Program-made: the position numbers and the translations under genes
In this document: positions 31,767 to 39,388 of the stretch, piece after piece
Layout of the letters: every line of letters starts with the position of its first letter
How positions within the stretch are numbered: the stretch's first letter is position 1
Assembly: GCA_019058445.1 (NCBI GenBank)
Contig: JAHPZA010000006.1
Coordinates: 480,001-544,000 of the forward strand
Reading direction: 5' to 3'
DNA length: 64,000 bases
DNA from: Promethearchaeota archaeon
GTDB lineage: Archaea; Asgardarchaeota; Lokiarchaeia; Sigyniarchaeales; SOKP01
The notes under the pieces: generated by a model
Seen by the model: the letters and a program-made list of their open reading frames with translations, nothing else
Told to the model about the DNA's origin: nothing
Databases searched by the model: none

Positions 31767-31886
31767 TGCCACTTTAAATAATCTTATCCTTTTAGAAATA
31801 TTTAAATTATTTCAACATGCTACTCAATAAAGGTTACCATTGACTAGTCTAATTATTTAAAAGGTTATATTCTTTAAAAAAAGGAA

Positions 31887-32912
31887 GTGGGATTTATAGA
31901 AAGTATTAAAATAGATGATAAAGTCTATCCGGTTTTACTGCGCTTGTTAAAAAACAAAACAGGAATCAATTTTGAATATTATCGAAAGAATTTTATTGAG
32001 AAACGAATCAAATCAAGGATGATTAGAGTTTCTTGCACTAAATTAAATGATTATTATGATTATCTTTTTTCAAACGATGAAGAAATAAAAAAGTTTAGCG
32101 ATGGATTTACTATTAACTATACCCATTTTTTTAGAGATTGGGAAGTATTTAAGACGTTTCAAGATTTATTTCTTGCAAGTTTAAATAAATCTCCAGAAAA
32201 ATTCACACATTTTATCAAGCCAAGCGCCTCCAAGTTAATGAAATTTCGCAGTACGGAAAATTATAAGAAAAACCAAGCAAAAGAAAAAAATAGAAGTACA
32301 AAAGTAGATCCCTTTGAATTGAATGTGTTAGCAATTTTAAGTCCACTTTCACTCTTTCGCAAAATCAAAGGCCCTAAAACGTCCAAAAATACGATTAACA
32401 TTTGGAGCGCTCCCTGTGCGTCAGGAGAAGAACCTTATACTCTTGCAATGATCCTAGATAACCTTGCACGAATGATTCCGAATTTTCCAGATTATAAAAT
32501 AATCGCTTCAGATATAGATAAAGATGCAATAGTCAAAGCCAAACAAGGAAAGTATGAAGAAATGGCAATGAAAGAAATTTCAGAATATTTTAAGAATAAA
32601 TATTTTCGGAAAAAGGAATCGTATTTTGGATTCAACTACGCTATCAATGATGAAATTAAGAATAAAGTAGAATTTATTGATGAAGATCTTACTAAGGGTC
32701 ATACTAAACCATTGAAGTATGATCTTGTTTTTTGTCGCTACTTACTGATTTATTTTAATCGGATTAATCGAAATAAATTTCTTAAAAATATTGAGAATCA
32801 GCTTAATGTAGGAGGCTTATTAGTTTTGGGGAAAACAGAAACATTATTCAATAAGCATCCTGTTTTAAGATTAGTAGATGAGAAACAACATTTTTATATA
32901 AAATCCTATTAG
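31887..32912 (+). CDS. cheR: CheR-type protein-glutamate methyltransferase
   Basis: TINYTHFFRD, IWSAPCASGEEPYTLAM, ASDID, DLVFCRYLLIYF, LVLGKTETL. Confidence 0.92.
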   Translation: MGFIESIKIDDKVYPVLLRLLKNKTGINFEYYRKNFIEKRIKSRMIRVSCTKLNDYYDYLFSNDEEIKKFSDGFTINYTHFFRDWEVFKTFQDLFLASLNKSPEKFTHFIKPSASKLMKFRSTENYKKNQAKEKNRSTKVDPFELNVLAILSPLSLFRKIKGPKTSKNTINIWSAPCASGEEPYTLAMILDNLARMIPNFPDYKIIASDIDKDAIVKAKQGKYEEMAMKEISEYFKNKYFRKKESYFGFNYAINDEIKNKVEFIDEDLTKGHTKPLKYDLVFCRYLLIYFNRINRNKFLKNIENQLNVGGLLVLGKTETLFNKHPVLRLVDEKQHFYIKSY

Positions 32913-32980
32913 GCATTATAAATAGCAAATCTTCGAATTTCTTAAATTAAGTTAAAAACCATCAATTAGAAAACTTGAAT

Positions 32981-34087
32981 TTACTTGGAAAATAATTCGT
33001 TCGCAATGATTTCAGTAGGATTAAAGACGTCTGTATCGCCTTTCCAGTCTGTTAAGATATTATGATAAAGAGTCTCAAACTTTTCTACAAACTCTTTTAA
33101 AACAATCTTAGGAAAATTTAATTCTTCAGAAGTATACAATACACCTGAGACTAAATTACCAGGGTAAATAATTACATTTTCACCTTTCTTTTTAATAACC
33201 GAAATTTCTTTACGTCTCTCACCCGTTTCAGTTAATCCCTGGAGCATTATATTTATACTCGCAATCGCTGCGGATATTAAGTTTTCGTCTACTAATTCCT
33301 TTTTTTCGCTGAATTCTTTGTAATATAAACAAATTCCTGCGATATCTACTAAATATAGAGCCTTGATTTTTTCCTGCCAATCAAATTCATTAAAAGGAGG
33401 TAGTGTTAGAAAGAAGTAAGAAAGAAGTACAACAGAAATCAACTGAAGAATAGCTCCCATCATTCTTCCCTCAAGTCCATATATCTTGATTAATTCATCT
33501 GTAGTTAACAAAAAGCCAACAGCAATGAAAGCAAGGCCCGCTAATAAAAATATGCCTTTTGTTTTTAATTTCCTTATGAATTTGACTAAGTAAATCATAA
33601 AATAGGCAAAAAAAGCTGGCCAAAAGATATACGTTACAGGCTGCGTCAAAGTGATATCGATTAGAAATAAGATTAAAAATAGTATAGAGTAAATTAAAAA
33701 TATGAATGTAAACAAATATTTTTTGAAGAGAAAGACTTCATACTTTTCCACACATAAGAGTAAAAAAAATGCTGCGATCATTATTGTAAAATAACCAAAA
33801 TTAAGAAATAATGCTCTCATACTACCTTGCTTCCATATTAGAAAAGGTGATACAATTTCATCAGAAGCATAATAATCTCCTATAATATAAAAAAACCACA
33901 TAAGCGAAAAACCAAAAAAAATAAAGAAATAGCCAACATCTAGTAAATTTCGATAGTTTTTTTCTTGCTTAAAATATCGAAATAAGAGATAGAGACTTAT
34001 CTCAAATCCTGTAACTATATAACTCCATTCTAATATTAACAATGGCAATCTTATAGATCCCGTAATAGGAAATTCTAAAAATATCAT
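32981..34087 (-). CDS. About 7-TM membrane protein with C-terminal longin-like domain
   Basis: Hydrophobic N-terminal 230 aa, then LYLVDIAGICLY...LISAAIASI...LKEFVEKFETLY...VF longin-like pattern. Confidence 0.65.
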   Translation of the reverse strand: MIFLEFPITGSIRLPLLILEWSYIVTGFEISLYLLFRYFKQEKNYRNLLDVGYFFIFFGFSLMWFFYIIGDYYASDEIVSPFLIWKQGSMRALFLNFGYFTIMIAAFFLLLCVEKYEVFLFKKYLFTFIFLIYSILFLILFLIDITLTQPVTYIFWPAFFAYFMIYLVKFIRKLKTKGIFLLAGLAFIAVGFLLTTDELIKIYGLEGRMMGAILQLISVVLLSYFFLTLPPFNEFDWQEKIKALYLVDIAGICLYYKEFSEKKELVDENLISAAIASINIMLQGLTETGERRKEISVIKKKGENVIIYPGNLVSGVLYTSEELNFPKIVLKEFVEKFETLYHNILTDWKGDTDVFNPTEIIANELFSK

Positions 34088-34098
34088 TTAAATACCCT

Positions 34099-34872
34099 CT
34101 AATATATTACATCTTCAATTATCACATCAAAACTTCCAAAAAGTTGTTCTTCATTTCCCCTTAAGCTGTCAAGCTCTTTTAATATTTCTTTATAAAACGA
34201 TTCAAATTGTTTTTTAATAGATTTTAAAAAATTCATATTGCTTTTTAAATCCTTTTTAACAACTAAAGCATAAATTAACTGAGAGGAGATACCAGAACTA
34301 TACTCTAACAAAATTAAAGAGTCAGCTTGTTTAATTTTATTAATTTTTTCTCCCCGAGTATTAGTTATTGCTGAGAGAACGATATCAATTCCTATTATTC
34401 CAACAGAAAAAACTTGTTCATAATCTTTTTGGGTATATTCTGATTTTATTTTAGAAAAATCATGACTGTATAAACAAACATTATTCTTTTCGTTAATTAT
34501 AAATAGTTTCAAAATATTTCCCTCCCATTTAAATCCATAGAAGGATGGAAAGGTGTATAACCCGACTAAAGCAGTAATAAAACCGATTATTAGCAATATC
34601 ATCCCTATAGAAATAAAATAAATTCCATAACTTGATAAATTTAGAGCTGTAATATAATGCAAAATTGATAATACTGATACTATGCTAAATATATTTCCGA
34701 ATAAAGTTAAAACAATCCCAAGCGATGAAAATTTCTTATTTAATGGTAGTTCCATGTGCTTAGCTTTGAAAAAACGATAAATAACATATATCGTTAATTG
34801 AATCCCTAAAATTAGTGTCGTCAAATATACCAAAAATTGTATTTCTTCACTGTGATTTAGTTGAAAAAGCAT
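34099..34872 (-). CDS. Membrane protein with C-terminal longin-like domain (shorter paralog)
   Basis: About 3 TM, then LFIINEKNNVCLY...FSVGIIGI...LKSIKKQFESFY...F. Confidence 0.62.
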   Translation of the reverse strand: MLFQLNHSEEIQFLVYLTTLILGIQLTIYVIYRFFKAKHMELPLNKKFSSLGIVLTLFGNIFSIVSVLSILHYITALNLSSYGIYFISIGMILLIIGFITALVGLYTFPSFYGFKWEGNILKLFIINEKNNVCLYSHDFSKIKSEYTQKDYEQVFSVGIIGIDIVLSAITNTRGEKINKIKQADSLILLEYSSGISSQLIYALVVKKDLKSNMNFLKSIKKQFESFYKEILKELDSLRGNEEQLFGSFDVIIEDVIY

Positions 34873-35037
34873 ATTTTATCCCTAAACTCATAGAAAATTG
34901 AAATTGTGCATTACTTTGCAAACTTCAATTTTAATATAGTGACTATTAAATTCATATAAAAAATTTGGCTTTATATTTTTTTAGTGATTTAATTAAGATT
35001 ATATTCATTATTCACTAATATCTATTTAATAAATTTA

Positions 35038-35805
35038 TTGAATAACAAGGGATTTACGATTAAAATTCACGATAAATTTCAGAAATGTATTGAAAAGGTT
35101 TTTTTTAAAGGAAACTCTACGAAATGGAGCCGAAAGCTCTCATTCATAGTTGGAAACTTATTTTTGATGGCATTTTTGTATAGTTTTCTTATAATGCTTG
35201 TCCTCTACAACTGGACTGGTTCTTTATATCCGGAAGGGTCTGGATATCGCTTAGACTTTCTCGGTGATAACCTAATCCCATTTATACCCGAAATGGCAAT
35301 TTTTTATGTATACTTATTCTTTCCTATGGTAACATTAACACTCATCTATTTTGCATTTATAGACGAAGAAAAGGGATACGCTTTAGGCTGGGCCATAGTA
35401 ATAATGAATCTAATCGCAACCTTTGTTTATATAATATTTCCCGTATCAACCTATTGGTGGAGACAAGAACTTTTAGCTAATAGAATTAAAGGGAACGTTT
35501 TTGCGGAAACAATGTATTTTTATTACGAAAACGAGACTTCCTTTAATTGCTTTCCAAGCATGCACGCAGGGATGTCAACTATGTGTTTTTTTGTGTGGTA
35601 TCAGTATTATAAAATAAAGCCTAATATGAGAAAAAAGATAATCTCAATAGTATCCTTTATCATCGCGGTTGGTACGATATTATCTACACTTTTCGTAAAA
35701 CAACATTATATTGTTGACGAAATCGCGGGAGTTTTACTAGCGTATATTGTTGGTAAATATATTTTTCGTTTGTTCTCCAACTGGGAAAAATCCTTAAAAG
35801 AATAA
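35038..35805 (+). CDS. PAP2-superfamily membrane phosphotransferase (AUR1/PAP2_3-like)
   Basis: NCFPSMH and STLFVKQHYIVD motifs; multiple TM. Confidence 0.85.
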   Translation: MNNKGFTIKIHDKFQKCIEKVFFKGNSTKWSRKLSFIVGNLFLMAFLYSFLIMLVLYNWTGSLYPEGSGYRLDFLGDNLIPFIPEMAIFYVYLFFPMVTLTLIYFAFIDEEKGYALGWAIVIMNLIATFVYIIFPVSTYWWRQELLANRIKGNVFAETMYFYYENETSFNCFPSMHAGMSTMCFFVWYQYYKIKPNMRKKIISIVSFIIAVGTILSTLFVKQHYIVDEIAGVLLAYIVGKYIFRLFSNWEKSLKE

Positions 35806-35919
35806 AATCTTACCTTCTTAACCGCGGAAAATTTTAAATTTAAAACTTTACTTTACATTATATCTTATTTTGAAAAAACTTTAAGACCTCAAAATAAGAA
35901 AAAAAGTTTTATAATCGAT

Positions 35920-36080
35920 GCCAAGGTGGCGTAGCCCGGTGAGTGGGAGATTTTCTCTACTTGGGTAGGAACGCACCAGATTCATCGGAATTGCCGATAA
36001 AGGTGAAACTGAAGATCTGGGTATCGCGAGCTTTTGTTGCGATTCGCAACTGAACGCGAATTCAAATCTCGCTCTTGGCA
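35920..36080 (+). tRNA. tRNA-Phe(GAA) with three introns (35940-35968, 35980-36007, 36031-36060)
   Basis: Spliced: GCCAAGG TG GCGT AGCCCGGGA ACGC A CCAGA CTGAAGA TCTGG GTATC GCGAG TTCAAAT CTCGC TCTTGGC A; each intron has a 4-bp helix and 3-nt bulges. Confidence 0.92.
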
Positions 36081-36081
36081 T

Positions 36082-38076
36082 TTATAACATTTTCCATTTT
36101 GCCTTTAAATCATCAATTATTTTTTTAGCCTGTATATTATAATTAATTTTTTCGTCTTTTGAAGGATAACCCTTTGCATTTACTTTATACATCAAAATTT
36201 CTTCTATTTCATTGATTATTGACTCTTTACTCACATCATATCCATGCTTTTTACATAATCTTCTTAAATCATCCCGATATTCTTTAGAATAATAAGTTCT
36301 TCTATTGGGATATGTCTTAGATAATTCACTTTCTATTTTTATTCGTTTTTCAGGATCACCTCTACTCTTTAAAACCAATCCAAGAGTTTTTGCTCGATAA
36401 TCCCATTTTCTTGGTTTTATTTCATTGATAAATTTGACTACATCTTTTTTAGATTCTATATGTAATTCATAAGTATTTTCTCTTGTAACAGGATAGATTT
36501 TTCCTGTTTTTATATCATTATTTTCACACATTTTTTTGAAATCCTCCATAAGTGGGTAGGAGGCGTTTTTAAATCCAATGCGGATACAATTGTTTGCTTT
36601 ATGTATATGAAATGAGCCATCAGTATCCACTAATCCCCTTAAACCACGCTTTTGATATTCTTTGTTTTCCATGATCCATTCAGGTACACTTACTTGATTT
36701 ACTTTCTTATCTCCCGGTTTAAGCCCTAAATTAACTAATTCATTGACTATTTCTTTACCATTAATTGTTTGTTTTATCGCATTTGCCTCTTTCGGTTCAT
36801 ATATACTGGGATATTTATTAAATACCTTTTTCATCAAATTATTAATATCTTTTACGTATTCTATTTCTTCTGACTTATTTGTTGTTACTCTAAAACGTTG
36901 TTTATTATGGGGAATACTTCCATCTCCGAGACCAATGCACACCATTTCCGCTGAATCACCATTTTTAGTGAGATTATTAATTTCTTCTATTGTATCTTTT
37001 TCTGAATCATAGTTTTGTCGGATATCTTTTATAATTTCCTCTTGAGTTGTCATTTTACTGTTATCATTTGATTTTTCAATGTTATTTATTCTTATCTCCG
37101 TGATTTTACGTTCTGTTGGTTTATCTTCCTTAATTTCATGTTTAATTTCTTTTCCATATAACTTTTCTAACTCCTTAAAACTAGTAATATCCAAAGAATA
37201 TTCTTTATATAAAGCATTACCAATATAAGTTCCAATTTTTCTACTTATTTGATTATTTGAAATTCCTCTACTATTTAGATTATCACAGACTTGTTTTAAT
37301 TTAGAAGGTTCGATTTGAATTCTGTATTCGATTTCTGATTTGGGTATATTTTCTACTTTAGCAATTTCTCTCCCTATCAAGTTTTCAAGTTTTGCTAAAG
37401 ATTCGTTCTTAATTCCATAATTACGATATAAAACACCCTTGATATCACATCCAATTTGTTCTGAAATTTGTATTAACGTATATCCCTTAGTTCTTAATTC
37501 ACCCCAGACCTTTTTCAAATCATTCTGGTCTAATTTAATTCTTTCATTTTCGTTTTGCTTGTTTTTTATAATTTCTGAACTTTGATTTTCAAGATTTTCT
37601 GATAAATTCTCATTTGCACCTGAAATGTTTAATTCATTTCCTGTATCTTCGATTAAATTTTGATTAGTATCTTGATCTTCGAGCTTATATTCTACTCCTT
37701 TCACAAAATCAATCTCATTACTATTTCCTTCTAATTTATCTTCAATTCCTTCAAGAAAATCTTTATTCGTATCCTTATTTTCTGATTTATCTTCTATTCT
37801 ATCTGTAAAGATCACATCTGTATCTGATTTTTTTGATCTAACACACTCAGGTATAATCGCGACGATATCATATAATTTATCTGTATCTACTGGTTTATCT
37901 TCTATGTTTTCTAAAAAATCTATATTTATGTTATTATCATCTAGCTTATCATATAATTCCTCAATAAACTCCTTCTCATTATCTTGATCATTATTATTAT
38001 CTTCAATTTTTTCCCCATAATCCTCTTTAGAATCTTTGAGATCATCAAGATTTTCGTCATATTCATTGCCAGACAT
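36082..38076 (-). CDS. Acidic-repeat + tandem HTH + two-motif LAGLIDADG endonuclease-domain protein
   Basis: AEMVCIGLGDGS and GLRGLVDTDGS motifs, KVNQVSVPEWI linker; two similar HTH-like repeats; N-terminal 17-aa acidic repeats; no intein termini recognised. Confidence 0.8.
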   Translation of the reverse strand: MSGNEYDENLDDLKDSKEDYGEKIEDNNNDQDNEKEFIEELYDKLDDNNINIDFLENIEDKPVDTDKLYDIVAIIPECVRSKKSDTDVIFTDRIEDKSENKDTNKDFLEGIEDKLEGNSNEIDFVKGVEYKLEDQDTNQNLIEDTGNELNISGANENLSENLENQSSEIIKNKQNENERIKLDQNDLKKVWGELRTKGYTLIQISEQIGCDIKGVLYRNYGIKNESLAKLENLIGREIAKVENIPKSEIEYRIQIEPSKLKQVCDNLNSRGISNNQISRKIGTYIGNALYKEYSLDITSFKELEKLYGKEIKHEIKEDKPTERKITEIRINNIEKSNDNSKMTTQEEIIKDIRQNYDSEKDTIEEINNLTKNGDSAEMVCIGLGDGSIPHNKQRFRVTTNKSEEIEYVKDINNLMKKVFNKYPSIYEPKEANAIKQTINGKEIVNELVNLGLKPGDKKVNQVSVPEWIMENKEYQKRGLRGLVDTDGSFHIHKANNCIRIGFKNASYPLMEDFKKMCENNDIKTGKIYPVTRENTYELHIESKKDVVKFINEIKPRKWDYRAKTLGLVLKSRGDPEKRIKIESELSKTYPNRRTYYSKEYRDDLRRLCKKHGYDVSKESIINEIEEILMYKVNAKGYPSKDEKINYNIQAKKIIDDLKAKWKML
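37570..38034 (-). repeat. Degenerate 17-aa (51-bp) acidic tandem repeats, about 8 copies
   Basis: DNEKEFIEELYDKLDDN / NINIDFLENIEDKPVDT / DTDVIFTDRIEDKSENK / DTNKDFLEGIEDKLEGN / SNEIDFVKGVEYKLEDQ. Confidence 0.7.
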
Positions 38077-38204
38077 TAAAATATCTTCTAAATTTTCATA
38101 TATATAATCCTTGGATTTTTCTTTTCCGATTATGCCCCTTTTCTGTTGAGTAAATAGGGTTATCTAAATACGTGTAGTTTTTAAAATCATAGGTCAAATT
38201 TAAC

Positions 38205-38546
38205 TTGATGTTTAGCTATATGGATTCAGCAGCATTTTATGTATTTTATTTAATTTTAAATTTAGTATTACTCGCGCTCAGTATAGCGCTTTATATATAT
38301 CAAAACAAAAGACAAAATATTTTTAATTTAGATGGACTACTCAGAATTTTACTTATCATATCATCAACAATTTTCATTTTAGATTCTATTCCATACATTT
38401 ATACTGAAGCTGATCAAATTCCTTTTATCAATATCGTTTTTAGTAATATTTTCTTAGCTATTCTATGCACATCAACCATCTTCTACGAGTTTATTATATT
38501 TAGTAAAAAAAGCTGTTTAAAGAGACCATCTGATATGGTTAAATAA
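38205..38546 (+). CDS. Small 3-TM membrane protein
   Basis: Three hydrophobic segments. Confidence 0.65.
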   Translation: MMFSYMDSAAFYVFYLILNLVLLALSIALYIYQNKRQNIFNLDGLLRILLIISSTIFILDSIPYIYTEADQIPFINIVFSNIFLAILCTSTIFYEFIIFSKKSCLKRPSDMVK

Positions 38547-38574
38547 AAAAATTTACAAATTTAATCTATAATAG

Positions 38575-39213
38575 GTGGATAGGTTATCAATGGAATTTTC
38601 ATTACAAATTAAAAGTTCAGGTGTATCAGAAGATATTTTTAAAGACGTGGAAAAATGGTGCATGTTTTTTAATGGATTTGCGGTAACATTCTTCTTCTAC
38701 ATGAAAATCATATTTGTATTTATTTTATTTTCTATAGGATTTTTAACTCTATTGAAATTAAGGGGGATTTATAAAACAGAAAGAATCAAAGGTACCAAAA
38801 TTGATACCGAAGATGAAAATTTGCTTAAAAAACCTCGATTAATCTTAGGAACTTTTTATATTATGATGGCGTTTGGAATTTTATTCAATTTTTTTACTTT
38901 ATTCTTAATTATCGTCCTTGATCCATTACCAGATAGGTTTATTTTTGATTTAATTAATTTTTCAGGAAAGATTGATCCGAAAGCTTTGAATAGAATACAA
39001 GATTTAAATGCTGCGAAATACCCTCATGAGAAAACTATATACTACTTGGTGGCATTTATCTCTTTAGGTGCTATTTTAGATGTAGTTTTAAGCATATGGC
39101 ATATAATAAACAGCAATAATACGGATCATAGAAAGAGCTTTACACTACTCATGAGTGGAGTAGTCATAGGAATGTTAACGGGGTGGACAACATGTCTGCC
39201 TCTTTTTTTATAA
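38575..39213 (+). CDS. About 4-TM membrane protein
   Basis: Four hydrophobic segments; co-oriented with the previous gene. Confidence 0.7.
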   Translation: MDRLSMEFSLQIKSSGVSEDIFKDVEKWCMFFNGFAVTFFFYMKIIFVFILFSIGFLTLLKLRGIYKTERIKGTKIDTEDENLLKKPRLILGTFYIMMAFGILFNFFTLFLIIVLDPLPDRFIFDLINFSGKIDPKALNRIQDLNAAKYPHEKTIYYLVAFISLGAILDVVLSIWHIINSNNTDHRKSFTLLMSGVVIGMLTGWTTCLPLFL

Positions 39214-39388
39214 GATAGACTCTAATTCTTTTCAGACATTAAAATATTTAATTAAAAATCCTTATTATTTTAGTTATTTTGTTGATAAAAAAAAAGAAAC
39301 TAGCTATTTATTTACCAATTTTTAGAAAATCTTTTTTAATACTTCTATCTAATTTAATCTTAAGAGAAAATAAAGAGGCAAAAAGTCT

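Noticed and set aside
35881-36081. 66-aa minus-strand ORF
   Set aside because: Antisense to the triple-intron tRNA-Phe.
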